From Spirochaetales bacterium (GTDB lineage: Bacteria > Spirochaetota > Spirochaetia > JABEVK01), in contig JBAXAI010000013.1 of NCBI GenBank assembly GCA_037142615.1, forward strand, positions 32,758-96,757: a DNA stretch of 64,000 nucleotides, read 5' to 3'. The notes below the pieces were generated by a model, which saw only the letters and a program-made list of their open reading frames with translations, had not been told where the DNA came from and did not search any database. The position numbers were made by a program, and so were the translations under genes. This document shows, in pieces, positions 38,030 through 48,602 of the stretch (the stretch's first letter is position 1; each line of letters opens with the position of its first letter).

Positions 38030-39133
38030 TTATTTTGTCGTTCGGGAAGAGCTGCGAAGTACCAAAGCGCCGGGAAGCAGGCTGGTGCGCGCCGCCAGTT
38101 CGGGGTTCTTGATGCGCTCGAGCAGCAGTTCGGCGGCCACGCGGCCGATTTCGGCCGAGGGTTGCGACACGGTGCTCAACTGAACCGACGGAAACCCCGC
38201 GTACGAGGTGTCGTCAAACCCGATGAGTGCGACGTCCTCGGGAATCTGAACGCCTTTTTCCTGCAGGTGATGCAAAATACCGATGGCGATGAAGTCGTTG
38301 CCACAGAACAAGGCGTCGGGTGAGGCTTTGAGGTTCATCAGCCGCTCAATCGGGGCCAGGTCGTCAGCGCTGTAGTGGGGAATACCATCGTCACCGGCGG
38401 TTCCCGAACCCGCGAGCGACACGGCGGCGAGGGGGAAAAGCCCGCGGTCCTGCATGGCAGTTTCGTAGCCTCGGATGCGATCGAGAATACTGGTGGGCCG
38501 GTCGGGCGGAACCACGCAGGCAATGTTCTGGTGCCCTGCGTCCAACAGGCTCGAAACGGCCTGGTAGGCGCCCGCGAAGTTGTCCATCCCGACAAAGTCG
38601 GCCTTCAGGCCTGCGATGCGCCGGTCTACCAAAACGAGCGGAAAGTTCTCGCCCAGGAGGTTGGTGACCAGGTCGCCTTCGGCCTGCAACGACGTCGGAA
38701 ACAGGATGATTCCCGCTGTGCCTTGCCGCTGCAGCCGTTCCAGTTGTTTGCGTTCCAACTCGAGATCGCTGTTGGAATGGCAAAGGATGAAGTTGTACCC
38801 GTTTTCCTGCAGGGTTTTTTCGAGCCCCAGTAGGATGCGCACGATCATTTGGTCTTTGAGGTAGGGCATGACCACCCCGATGATGCTGCTTTTGTCGCGG
38901 GGGTCTTTGTGGAGCACGAAGGTTCCCTTGCCCTGGATGCGGCGCAAAAAGCCCTCTTCTTCCAGCAGGTCGAGCGCCTCACGCACGGTTCCACGGCTTA
39001 GTCCATGGAGCTGCGACAGCTCAAGTTCCGGCTCGATGCGTTCGTTGACCTTCAGTTCTCCGCTGAGAATTCGGTTCCGCAGAAGGTTAGCCATTTGAAG
39101 GTACAGGGGTTCGGAACTGTTAGGATCAAGCAT
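38030..39133 (-). CDS. GntR-HTH / LacI-effector-domain regulator (AraR-like)
   Basis: PLYLQM...ELELSQLHGLSRGTVREAL...QGKGTFV fused to a LacI-type domain (IPEDVALIGFDD). Start set at ATG 39133. Confidence 0.93.
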   Translation of the reverse strand: MLDPNSSEPLYLQMANLLRNRILSGELKVNERIEPELELSQLHGLSRGTVREALDLLEEEGFLRRIQGKGTFVLHKDPRDKSSIIGVVMPYLKDQMIVRILLGLEKTLQENGYNFILCHSNSDLELERKQLERLQRQGTAGIILFPTSLQAEGDLVTNLLGENFPLVLVDRRIAGLKADFVGMDNFAGAYQAVSSLLDAGHQNIACVVPPDRPTSILDRIRGYETAMQDRGLFPLAAVSLAGSGTAGDDGIPHYSADDLAPIERLMNLKASPDALFCGNDFIAIGILHHLQEKGVQIPEDVALIGFDDTSYAGFPSVQLSTVSQPSAEIGRVAAELLLERIKNPELAARTSLLPGALVLRSSSRTTK

Positions 39134-39140
39134 TTTACTC

Positions 39141-39260
39141 AGTATAGGAGATGTACCCTCGCTTGTATAGACAACTGAGCCAACAATTCCCCCGAGGGTG
39201 TGACGATTCAATTGACATAGTTGTCTATGCAGGGTTATACATAAGTGTACCATGTATAAA
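39141..39260. promoter_or_regulatory. Divergent promoter region with GntR-type operators
   Basis: TTGTATAGACAA 39163-74, TTGACA 39212-17, TTGTCTATGCAG 39221-32 and TATACA 39236-41. Minus-strand TATACT at 39141-46. Confidence 0.75.
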
Positions 39261-39272
39261 ACTGGAGGCTGT

Positions 39273-41882
39273 ATGAAGGGTTCTTTGACGGCGGTTGCCG
39301 CTGTTTTGTGTGTCTCTTTTTTGGTCTGGTCGTGCGCCGGTTCGCCCTCGCCTACGGCACCGGCTGCCGGTACCCCGGTCCACCTGAAAGTAAGCCCCGC
39401 GAACTCTGGTGCCGAACTCAACCGCAAGCTGTTCAGTCTGGTCAATTCCCAGGGGATTCTTCAATACGCGGGCGCGCTGTCGGTCAAAGCCTACCAGGAA
39501 CTGGGGCTGGCGGGGGCCCAGCAACGACTGGCGACCGAGCCCGGCCAGTTTGAAAAAGTCAACGACAACGCCGACCCTTTCGTTGCCAACCCTGAAGGGT
39601 TTGCTCCGGCCGATCTGTTTGCCGGAAGCGCCTTTCAAGGAACGGAACTCGTCAACCGTGTCCTTGCCGACGGTGAGGAACCTTCGCTTCTGCTGGCTTA
39701 CAACCTGGCCTGGCTGGCCAAAGACGGCAAAGCCACCGGGGTTCCCACCAGCAACGACGAGTGGGCCGAGTTTGCCGTGCAGGCGATCAAGGCCCTCAAC
39801 GGCACCGATCCTTCCGTGCCGCTCAAGGTGAAGATGGTCGAGATCTGGAACGAGCCCGACATCGCGATCTACTGGGCTGGAACCCGCGAAGAGTTCTATC
39901 AACTGTTCAACACCGTCGCCGATCGCATCCACAAGGAATGTCCGGGTGTCAAAGTCGGCGGTCCGGTGGCCGTCAACGTGACCGGTCCGTTTTCGCTGGG
40001 CTTCATCGAAGCGTGCGGCAGCCACATGGACACCTTCATTTTTCACTCCTACGGCGAGACGGTCGCAACGCTCACCGGTCACATCCTCAAGGTCGCCGCG
40101 TCGATCGAAAAGACCGTCGGGCACCCGGTCAAGCTTGTGCTCACGGAGTCTGACAACATCAACTTCAAGGGTGCCGACAAGGCTGACTACTTGATGACCC
40201 GCCAGTTCCGCTTCTTGCAAGACGATGTGGGCAACGTGCTCGAGGCGTTCCACCAGTTTCAGGTGCGGGGCTACAACGAGGGCGACCGCGTGTTTGGCCT
40301 GATCGAAGACGACGGCTCGGTGATCGGCTACAACTACTGGCCGTACTGGATGTTCCGCGACCTTCACGGTAAGCGTGTTCCCGTGGTTTCGGCCTCGGGT
40401 GAGTTCCCGGCTGACCTGCTGGCGGTGGCGACCACCTCGGCCGACTTGCAGAGCACGGTGCTGTACTTGCCGGCGGCGGCGACCTCGGCCTTGAGGGTCA
40501 CGCTCGACGTCGAAGTGCCCGAAGCCTTGCGCAGCGGTGTGCTTGTCGTGTCGCGGCTCAAGGGTGGCGATGGGAGCGTCGAGAGTGCACGTCTGTTGAC
40601 CGGAAAACCGCTTGAAACCCTCACAGTGAGCTTGGCTCCCGGTCAGGGCGTCACTGTTTCGGTGCGCGCCAAGGCCCCGGCCTCGTTGGTGTGGTCCGAC
40701 CTGACCTTCGACCGCGATGGGGCCTTGGCCGGTGAATCGCTCAGGGCCACGCTCCGGGTGACCAACCTGGGTCTCAAGGCCGTGGGCGGTCGCTTCAGCT
40801 TGCAGGGAACCCCCGACGATTGGCAGGTCACCGCAGCCACCGAAGGTGCCGACCAAATTTCGCTGGCCCCTGGAGAGTCGACCACGATTGCTTTTGACGT
40901 CAAGACCCTCGGAACGACGCCGCCGCAGGGTTCGGCCGTGTACGGCTTTGCCAGCCTGAGGCCCGAGGGAGAAAGGCCGGTGCGTGTCACCTCGATTCCC
41001 AAGCGGGTGAGGGTGCTCTCGCCCGTGTCGATGACGCCCGTGCCTCTGCGCCACTTGGCCACCGCCGGCGAAAAAGGGGCCATCGAAGTCGTGGTGCGCA
41101 ACACCTTCTCGTCAGCGGTTTCGGGTTCGTTGAAACTCACGTTGCCAGAGGGGTTCACGGTTTCGGCCGGTCGCGAGCTCAATTTGCCCGTCGGCGCCGA
41201 GTCGATCCTGACCTTCACTTGGGAAGCGGGTGCCACGGTCAAGGAAGGCGAGTTCCAGCCCACCCTCCAGTTCCTGTACAAAGGCATTCCCTACCTGGCT
41301 TCGCTCGACCTCGCGGTGCTCAAGTACGCAGTGAACAAAGCCAGCACACCGGTCGACCTGACTGCCGACCTCAATGCCGACGGGGTCACCTCGGCTCCTG
41401 ATTTTGCCGACTTCCACGGTTTTGGTGGCCGTTTCACCTACGCGGGCGAGTTCATGCCCAAGGCGGGCAAACTGTCGTTCGTGGGCACCGACTTCCTGTT
41501 CCCCTACACGTCAAAGGGCAAGGACAACCTGGTCGAGACACGGGGCCAGACCCTGGCCTTGCCCGCCGGTCAATTCAAGTCACTCGACGTGCTGTGTACC
41601 TCGACCAATTCGAACAAGAAGGAGATTCTCAAGGTGACCTATGCCGACGGAACCTCGCAGGCGATCGCCTTCGCCGTCACCGACTGGTGCGTCACGCCCA
41701 AGAACGGCGAAGTGATCGTATACAAGGCCCCCTACCGGCACATCCCCGAAGGGGTTCTGGTCGATGCCAAGCCGCAGATTTTCTACCTCTCGTACCCCCT
41801 CGACCCGGCCAAGACGGTCGCCAGTCTGGTGCTGCCCGACAAGCCCGACTTGTACCTTTTCGCTGTCACGATGGTCAAATAA
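39273..41882 (+). CDS. Multidomain GH39-like (clan A) glycoside hydrolase lipoprotein
   Basis: Signal ending WSC, EIWNEP acid/base, KVGGP, FHSY and VLTES nucleophile. NEW3-like Ig domains and a C-terminal beta-sandwich follow. Confidence 0.82.
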   Translation: MKGSLTAVAAVLCVSFLVWSCAGSPSPTAPAAGTPVHLKVSPANSGAELNRKLFSLVNSQGILQYAGALSVKAYQELGLAGAQQRLATEPGQFEKVNDNADPFVANPEGFAPADLFAGSAFQGTELVNRVLADGEEPSLLLAYNLAWLAKDGKATGVPTSNDEWAEFAVQAIKALNGTDPSVPLKVKMVEIWNEPDIAIYWAGTREEFYQLFNTVADRIHKECPGVKVGGPVAVNVTGPFSLGFIEACGSHMDTFIFHSYGETVATLTGHILKVAASIEKTVGHPVKLVLTESDNINFKGADKADYLMTRQFRFLQDDVGNVLEAFHQFQVRGYNEGDRVFGLIEDDGSVIGYNYWPYWMFRDLHGKRVPVVSASGEFPADLLAVATTSADLQSTVLYLPAAATSALRVTLDVEVPEALRSGVLVVSRLKGGDGSVESARLLTGKPLETLTVSLAPGQGVTVSVRAKAPASLVWSDLTFDRDGALAGESLRATLRVTNLGLKAVGGRFSLQGTPDDWQVTAATEGADQISLAPGESTTIAFDVKTLGTTPPQGSAVYGFASLRPEGERPVRVTSIPKRVRVLSPVSMTPVPLRHLATAGEKGAIEVVVRNTFSSAVSGSLKLTLPEGFTVSAGRELNLPVGAESILTFTWEAGATVKEGEFQPTLQFLYKGIPYLASLDLAVLKYAVNKASTPVDLTADLNADGVTSAPDFADFHGFGGRFTYAGEFMPKAGKLSFVGTDFLFPYTSKGKDNLVETRGQTLALPAGQFKSLDVLCTSTNSNKKEILKVTYADGTSQAIAFAVTDWCVTPKNGEVIVYKAPYRHIPEGVLVDAKPQIFYLSYPLDPAKTVASLVLPDKPDLYLFAVTMVK

Positions 41883-41893
41883 GGAACCGCCCC

Positions 41894-43234
41894 ATGAAAC
41901 TCTTCTTCGTCCTTGCCTCCCTTGTGCTTGTTGGCCCCCTTTCCAGCCAGACTCTGGAGGGGCTGAAGATCTCGACCACGTCCGGGTTGACGGTCAAGCA
42001 GACCAACGGTCCCAACGAGAACCAACCGTGGGAACTTGAGCGCTTCGAGGCCCTCAAAGCCGGGTTTGCCAAACTGGCGACCAACGTGACAGTCAAGGCT
42101 TCCGACACCATGTTTGACCGGCAGATGTACGCGGTGCGCCTAGCCGCCAACACGATGGAAGACGCCTTTCTCGTGGCGTTCACCGAGCCAAAGTTTCTCA
42201 TTGAAAAGAAATACGTCGCCGACATTACGAGCTACGTCAACAAGTGGAAGCACTTTGCCGAGTTCAATCCCGACGTGCTCGGCGTGGTCTCGGACGACCA
42301 GGGCAAGGTTTTTGGCTTGCCGGTCAACGGCTACTCACTGGGCCTGATGTACAACCGGACGATGTTCAAAAAAGCCGGCCTGGACCCCGAAAAGCCGCCC
42401 AAGACCTGGGACGAACTGCGGGCCTATGCCGAAAAGCTCACCGACACCAAAAAGGGCATCGCCGGGTTCGCGGCCTGCAGCAAGGCCTCGCAGGGGGGGT
42501 GGCATTTCACCGCCATGGTGTACAGTTTTGGCGGCGACCTGGAAAAACAGGTGAACGGCAAGTGGGTGGCCGACTTTTCGAACCCGAAGTCACTGGCGGC
42601 GCTCGAGTTCCTCCGGGCGCTCCGTTGGGACGACGAAACGATGACCAAGCAGCAGATGCTCGAAGACAAAGACCTGCTGCAGTTGCTGGCTTCGGGGCGC
42701 ATCGCCATGGCCATCATGGCCGGTGACAAATTGCGCAACCTCAAGGAACAATACCAAGTCGACATGAACGAGTTTGGTCTCGGGCCGCTGCCGCAGGGGG
42801 GCGGGAATGCGACATTGGCTGGTGGCGCGGCGTGGATGTTCAACCCCAAAACCCCGCCGGCCGTGCTCGAAGCCGCTGTGGCTTGGACCATCTTCCACTC
42901 GTTCATCAACTACGACTCCGACATCAAGGGCCAGTCGCAACGTGGCCAACTGGTCGGCTGGCCCAGGCTCCCGGTGTTCAGCGGCCCCTACGAAACCGAG
43001 CGGGGGGCCATCGAGGCCAAGTACGCCAACGCGCCGATCAAGAACTACGTCACGTTCGTCAACGCCAAGAACATCAAGGTCCGTGCCGAACCGCCTGTTG
43101 AATCGAAGAAGCTGTACACCGCGCTCGACAGCGTGCTTCAGGCGGTGCTGACCAACCCGCTGGCCGATCCCAAACAGGAACTCGTGACGGCCGAGAGGCA
43201 GTTTCAAAAGTCTGTGCTGGACACCCTCAAATGA
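41894..43234 (+). CDS. Carbohydrate ABC transporter solute-binding protein
   Basis: Signal peptide, GKVFGLP, LMYNRTMFKKAGLDPEKPPKTWDEL and GGWHFTA. Confidence 0.92.
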   Translation: MKLFFVLASLVLVGPLSSQTLEGLKISTTSGLTVKQTNGPNENQPWELERFEALKAGFAKLATNVTVKASDTMFDRQMYAVRLAANTMEDAFLVAFTEPKFLIEKKYVADITSYVNKWKHFAEFNPDVLGVVSDDQGKVFGLPVNGYSLGLMYNRTMFKKAGLDPEKPPKTWDELRAYAEKLTDTKKGIAGFAACSKASQGGWHFTAMVYSFGGDLEKQVNGKWVADFSNPKSLAALEFLRALRWDDETMTKQQMLEDKDLLQLLASGRIAMAIMAGDKLRNLKEQYQVDMNEFGLGPLPQGGGNATLAGGAAWMFNPKTPPAVLEAAVAWTIFHSFINYDSDIKGQSQRGQLVGWPRLPVFSGPYETERGAIEAKYANAPIKNYVTFVNAKNIKVRAEPPVESKKLYTALDSVLQAVLTNPLADPKQELVTAERQFQKSVLDTLK

Positions 43235-45837
43235 AAGGCGAGCGGAAGACCGTCCACGTGCTGGCCCACACGCACTGGGACCGGGAATGGTATCAGACCT
43301 ACGAGCAGTTCCGGCGTCGGCTGGTCTTTATGCTCGACGAGCTTCTCGACGTGCTCGAATCGAAGCCCGACTACCGGCGTTTCACTCTCGATGGCACCAT
43401 GGTGCTGGTAGAAGACTACCTTGAGATCCGCCCCGAGAACCGGGAGCGGCTGGCCAAACTGATCCGCGAAGGCCGCCTTCTGGTGGGGCCTTGGTACACC
43501 ATGCCCGACGAAAACCTGGTTCACGGGGAGTCGCTGCTGCGCAACCTCGAGTTCGGTCTTGCGTTGGCCCGGCAGTGGACCGACACTCCGATGCTATGCG
43601 GGTACCTGATCGACGTGTTTGGGCATGTGGCCCAGTTGCCGCAGATTTTGAAGCAGGTGGGCATCTCGTCGGCGCTGCTGTATCGTGGCATCGGCGACTA
43701 TCCTAAAGATCTGTTCGACTGGAAGGCCCCCGATGGTAGCACCGTGCTGGTGGCCAAGCTCGACGCCGAACGCTCGTACAGCACGTGGTATTTTGCCCTT
43801 CGCTGGCCATTTGACAACAAGCCTGCCACAGAAGCTGAACTGCAGACCCGGGCCCGAGCCCTTGTCGAGCACTTGACGGCGTCGGCCGCGACCAGCCAAC
43901 TGCTCTCAATGGACGGCGTGGACCACATCGAAGTCGATCCCCAGTTTCCCGAGCTGCTGCAGCAGGTCGCCCGGTTGGTTCCCGAGACTGAGTTTATCCA
44001 GTCGACGTTTCCCGAGTACGAGGCGGCTGTGCGCAAGCTCAAGCCCACGCTCGAAACGCTGGAAGGACCGCTGTACCAGCAAGGGCGACGGGGAATCAAC
44101 AACCACCTGCTCAAGAATGTGCTGTCGTCGATTTTGCCCATCAAGCAAGCCAATGACGCGTGCGAAACGCTGCTGCTGAAGTGGGCCGAGCCCTTTGGCG
44201 CCGTGACCGGGCTGGGCGGAACTCAGCGCAACACCGCCTTCCTGGACCGTGCCTGGACGTTGCTGTTCCAGAACCAGACTCACGATTCGATTTGCGGCTG
44301 CTCGATTACGCGCGTGCACCGCGACAACCTGTTCCGGTTCGACCAGGTGCTCGACCTGGCCACCGATGCCGTCGACGACAGTCTGCGCCGCCTGGCCGCG
44401 ACGGTCGCTCCCGCCGAAGCAGGGCAGCAGCGTTATCTCGTTTGGAATCCCCTGCCCGAAGACCGCCAGGCCATCGTCCGCATCGAGATTCTTTTGCCTC
44501 CCGGCGAGGCTCTGAACCCGGTGATTCGTGATGCGTCTGGAGCCGAACTCGTCTGGCAGGCGTTGGGCGTGCAGCGCAACCGCGAAAAGACCCTCATCGA
44601 GTTCCGCCGCCTGCCGCAGGCGCAGTTTGCCGACGCGTGGGAGTTGGCGCTTCCCCTGACTCTGGTGGCCGGGGGCTACACGACCTTCACGGTCGAAAAC
44701 CGGGCCAACCCGGCCTTCGTGCCCGGTGATTTTGCCTGGCCTGTCTGGCACGCGCCGGTTCGCCCGCAGGGCAGTTTGGCGACCGGGCCTTCGACCTGGA
44801 GCAACGGACTGTACGAAGTGAAGCTGGAGCCCGGCCTGGGTCTGTTCGTCCGGCCGTCTGGCAGCACCGAACCCTTCTCGCCGCTCTACCACCTCGAGGA
44901 CGAAGGTGATGTGGGCGACGGCTGGGTGTGGCGTAAACCGCGTTTGGACGAAACCGTGCGCGATCAGGTGACTTCGGTTTCGGTTGCCGCTGACGGCCCC
45001 CTGTGCCTCCAAGTCCGCGTCGTGCACCGCCTTCTGGTTCCAGCCGGCATCGAAGCCCTCGAAGACAGCCGAACCAAGGAGCTCCTACCCCTCGAGGTCG
45101 TTGTGACGGTGAGCCTGTACCGGGGGGAAGCTTTGGTCGACTTGACCGCCGAGTTCGACAACGCCTGCGTCGGCCACCGCCTGCGACTGGGGTTCGTTCT
45201 TCCCGGCAAGCCATCGCGGCTGGCAACCACCACGCCCTTCGCGCTGACCGACTGGCCCTTGGAGTCAGGAACTCCCCTCGACGCGCAGGAGGCGCCGTCT
45301 TCGGTGGTGCCCAACCAGGGTCTCGTGGTCGTGGCAACCCCCGCGGGAAGCGTGTCGCTGGCCAACCGGGGCCTCTACGAAACCGAGATTGTCGACCGCA
45401 CGCTGTACGTGACGTTGCTGCGCTCGTTTGAGCGCGAAGTGGGTCGTGGGCGCACGGGCGACCTTTCGCGCTTGCTCGGGCATCACCGCGTTGAACTGGC
45501 ATGGGCCCACGACGCGAAAACCCTGTCGAACACCGAACTGGTGGTTCGTGCTGAGGCTTGGAAGGCCGGGGTGAAGACCTCGCTGATTCCTGCCGCCCAC
45601 GGTCCGGCCGTCAAAGGTCCGGCCGAGCAATCGTACCTTCGCATCGAGAAGGGCAGGGCCGTCCTGAGCGCGTGGAAAACTCACCCCGAGGGCGGCTGGC
45701 TGGTGCGCCTGGTCAACCTCGAGGCCACGCCCCAAGCGGTGACCCTCAAGACAGCGCCCGGCCTTGTGCCCCACAATACGGTGACCCTGCCGGGGGGCGG
45801 TTTCGTGACCCTGCACCTGCGGCCGGTGCGGAGCTGA
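43231..45837 (+). CDS. GH38 alpha-mannosidase
   Basis: Motifs HTHWDREWY, LDG, GPWY, IDVFGH (nucleophile Asp), GVDH and HDSICGCS. Confidence 0.92.
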   Translation: MKGERKTVHVLAHTHWDREWYQTYEQFRRRLVFMLDELLDVLESKPDYRRFTLDGTMVLVEDYLEIRPENRERLAKLIREGRLLVGPWYTMPDENLVHGESLLRNLEFGLALARQWTDTPMLCGYLIDVFGHVAQLPQILKQVGISSALLYRGIGDYPKDLFDWKAPDGSTVLVAKLDAERSYSTWYFALRWPFDNKPATEAELQTRARALVEHLTASAATSQLLSMDGVDHIEVDPQFPELLQQVARLVPETEFIQSTFPEYEAAVRKLKPTLETLEGPLYQQGRRGINNHLLKNVLSSILPIKQANDACETLLLKWAEPFGAVTGLGGTQRNTAFLDRAWTLLFQNQTHDSICGCSITRVHRDNLFRFDQVLDLATDAVDDSLRRLAATVAPAEAGQQRYLVWNPLPEDRQAIVRIEILLPPGEALNPVIRDASGAELVWQALGVQRNREKTLIEFRRLPQAQFADAWELALPLTLVAGGYTTFTVENRANPAFVPGDFAWPVWHAPVRPQGSLATGPSTWSNGLYEVKLEPGLGLFVRPSGSTEPFSPLYHLEDEGDVGDGWVWRKPRLDETVRDQVTSVSVAADGPLCLQVRVVHRLLVPAGIEALEDSRTKELLPLEVVVTVSLYRGEALVDLTAEFDNACVGHRLRLGFVLPGKPSRLATTTPFALTDWPLESGTPLDAQEAPSSVVPNQGLVVVATPAGSVSLANRGLYETEIVDRTLYVTLLRSFEREVGRGRTGDLSRLLGHHRVELAWAHDAKTLSNTELVVRAEAWKAGVKTSLIPAAHGPAVKGPAEQSYLRIEKGRAVLSAWKTHPEGGWLVRLVNLEATPQAVTLKTAPGLVPHNTVTLPGGGFVTLHLRPVRS

Positions 45838-45854
45838 TACCCTCAGGAGTTTCG

Positions 45855-48602
45855 ATGGCTGCCACAAAAACCTGCTCTGTGATTTCGCACACCCACTGGG
45901 ACCGCGAATGGTACCTCGGGTTCGAATCCTTCCGCCTCCGGCTCGTCGACCTCATCGACGGCGTTCTCGACATTCTCGACGCGCAGAGTGCCTACGTTTT
46001 CCATCTGGATGCGCAGACCATTGTGCTCGACGACTACCTCGAGATCCGCCCCCAGGCGCGCCCACGGCTGCGGACCCACATCGCCAGCGGGCGCCTGCTC
46101 CTGGGGCCCTGGTACGTCCAAAACGACTTTTTCCTTACTTCGGGCGAGGCGACGTTTCGCAACCTCAAACTGGGAATGGCCAGGGCTGAGGCCTTTGGCG
46201 GCTGCATGAAAGTGGGCTACATGCCCGACCAGTTTGGCCTGGCCGGACAGCTGCCCCAAGTTCTGCGCAACTTCGGCATCCCTTCGGCGGTCTTTGGGCG
46301 TGGGTACACCTTTTGGGAAAAGACACCCGAAGGCACGGTCCACCGACGCCAACCGACCGAACTGTGGTGGGACTCGCCCGACGGCTCGCGGGTGCTCGGG
46401 GTTCACCTGTGCAACTGGTACAACAACGCCCAGCGGTTCTCGGCCGACCTCGACAAGAGTACCCGCTACGTGCACAAAATTGTGGCCGACTTGGGCGACC
46501 GGCCGCAAACCAGCCAACTTCTGTTCATGAACGGTGTGGACCACCTCGAGGCCCAGCCCGACCTGTTGCCGATTCTGGCCGGAGTGCAGAAACGGCTCAC
46601 CGGGCTCAAACTGGAGCAGACTTCGTTGCCCGAGTACCTGGCTGCTGTGCGTCGCGAGCTGGAGCCGCAGGCCCAAGTTCCGGTCTGGCGCGGCGAGCTG
46701 CGCCAGGGCGCCGACTACGACCTGCTGGTGGGAACCCTGTCGTCGCGGATCTACCTCAAGGTGCTCAACGTGCGGGCGCAGAACACGCTCGAGAAGGCCC
46801 TGGAGCCGCTGTTCGCGCTGGCCGAGATTGCCGGCCTGGACGGGCTCTCACCCAACGACGAGCTGGCTTACGCCTGGCGGTTGTTGATGCAGAACCATCC
46901 CCACGACTCGATTTGCGGATGCAGCGTCGACGCGGTCCACGACCGCATGGAAGACCGCTACGCCCGCCTGACCGAATTGAGCCTCGCACTCGCCGACCGT
47001 TGTTTGCACGCCCTGCAAAGTCACACCCGCTCACGGCACGATGGGGCCGGGCCTGGTGGGTTCACGCTTTTGGTGGTCAACACGCTGGGTTGGGCGCGAT
47101 CGTCGGTGGTGCGCTGTGAACTGTTTTTTCCCGCCGACCTCGGCGACGTGAGTGACTTCTTGATCACCGCTCCCGACGGGCAGAGCTTGGCCTACCACAT
47201 CGTGGCGACAAGCCAGCGCTCGTGGGCCTCGCTGAGTCCGGTGAACCTGCCGGGAACCTTGCCCGGGCGGCGCTTCACGGTCGAGTTCTTGGCCGGTGAA
47301 CTGCCTGCCTGGGGCTGGAAGCTGTTCACGGTGACCCCCGGCCAGGCCGGATTGCGTCTCGCCGGACCGCCGCTCACGCCCGCCCGCACAGATCACCACA
47401 CCCTCGACAACGGGTTGCTCAGGGTTTTGGTCGGGGCCGACGGTAAGGTTGACCTGCAGGCGACCGACGGCAGTTGGGCACGCACCGACGTGCTCCACTG
47501 GCTCGACGAGGCCGACGCCGGTGACTCCTATGTGCACCGTGGTGCCGGGGGAGTGGACGACGTGCTCGGCTTCGCGGGCCCCGTACAACTTTCCCGCGAG
47601 GGATCGACACCCTTGCGGCAGGTTTTTCAGGTGAAAGGCGTGCTGCTGGTGCCTTCCGGCTGGGATTTTGCCGCCGCCCGACGTTCAGCTCACCTCACCG
47701 GGCTGTCCGTGACGCTCGAACTGGCCCTTACCGTCGGCTCTGCCCGTTTGCAAGGCAAACTGACGGTTCACAATACCGCGCAAGACCACCGGTTGAGGGC
47801 CGTTTTCCGGCTGGGCGGACCGCTCCCGTCTGCCTGGGCCTCCGCACCGTTTGAACTGGTGGAACGGCCCTTCATCGACCCCGACCGCGCCATTCGCAAC
47901 CGCGACGAACCGACCTCCGGGTTGATCCACCTCGGCGCCTGGTCGCTGCTCACCGAGGGCCTTCATGAATACGAGCTGCTCGACGCGGCCCGGGGTGAAG
48001 TGGCCCTCACCGTGCTGCGCGCCACCGGACGCATCGGGGCCGACGTGGGCACCCCCGACACCGCCCCCGAGATCTGGCTATGCCCGGGCGGCCAGTGCCT
48101 GCGCACGCTCGAGGCGCGGTTTGTGCTCTGCACTCCTTCAGGGCGGGATCAGACTCCCGAGGCCGCTTTGCGCGCTCTCGACGAGGAGTTCACTCCGCCC
48201 TTAGTTCGCTTTGACGCTGCCGATCCGCTTCGGCTGACCGGTGGTCGTCCGGCCGTGCAAGAGAGTGATTTGCGCGAAGTGTTCACCAAGCCGGACCGCT
48301 GGCCCGGGCTCAGTCTGCCTTCCCAAGCGTCGATGCTACAGCTGGATTCGCCCCAGGTGCAGGTGTCGGCCGTGTACGCGCTGCCCGGTGCGACCTTGGT
48401 GCGCCTGTACAATCCCACCAGCGTGGCGCAAGCCTGTCGCCTGACCGGTCTGCCCGCCCTCAAGGCGGCTTCGGTCGTCAACGGCCGCGAGGAGTTTGTC
48501 TCGGCGCTGGCGTTCCTGTCGGCGGGCTCGGCCACAGCGGTTGAGCTCGTGCTGGCTCCCCATCAGATTCTCACGCTCAAGTTGGAGCGGAACGCCAGTT
48601 GA
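45855..48602 (+). CDS. GH38 alpha-mannosidase, second paralogue
   Basis: Motifs HTHWDREWY, HLDAQ, GPWY, PDQFG, NGVDH and HDSICGCS. AGGAG SD. Confidence 0.92.
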   Translation: MAATKTCSVISHTHWDREWYLGFESFRLRLVDLIDGVLDILDAQSAYVFHLDAQTIVLDDYLEIRPQARPRLRTHIASGRLLLGPWYVQNDFFLTSGEATFRNLKLGMARAEAFGGCMKVGYMPDQFGLAGQLPQVLRNFGIPSAVFGRGYTFWEKTPEGTVHRRQPTELWWDSPDGSRVLGVHLCNWYNNAQRFSADLDKSTRYVHKIVADLGDRPQTSQLLFMNGVDHLEAQPDLLPILAGVQKRLTGLKLEQTSLPEYLAAVRRELEPQAQVPVWRGELRQGADYDLLVGTLSSRIYLKVLNVRAQNTLEKALEPLFALAEIAGLDGLSPNDELAYAWRLLMQNHPHDSICGCSVDAVHDRMEDRYARLTELSLALADRCLHALQSHTRSRHDGAGPGGFTLLVVNTLGWARSSVVRCELFFPADLGDVSDFLITAPDGQSLAYHIVATSQRSWASLSPVNLPGTLPGRRFTVEFLAGELPAWGWKLFTVTPGQAGLRLAGPPLTPARTDHHTLDNGLLRVLVGADGKVDLQATDGSWARTDVLHWLDEADAGDSYVHRGAGGVDDVLGFAGPVQLSREGSTPLRQVFQVKGVLLVPSGWDFAAARRSAHLTGLSVTLELALTVGSARLQGKLTVHNTAQDHRLRAVFRLGGPLPSAWASAPFELVERPFIDPDRAIRNRDEPTSGLIHLGAWSLLTEGLHEYELLDAARGEVALTVLRATGRIGADVGTPDTAPEIWLCPGGQCLRTLEARFVLCTPSGRDQTPEAALRALDEEFTPPLVRFDAADPLRLTGGRPAVQESDLREVFTKPDRWPGLSLPSQASMLQLDSPQVQVSAVYALPGATLVRLYNPTSVAQACRLTGLPALKAASVVNGREEFVSALAFLSAGSATAVELVLAPHQILTLKLERNAS

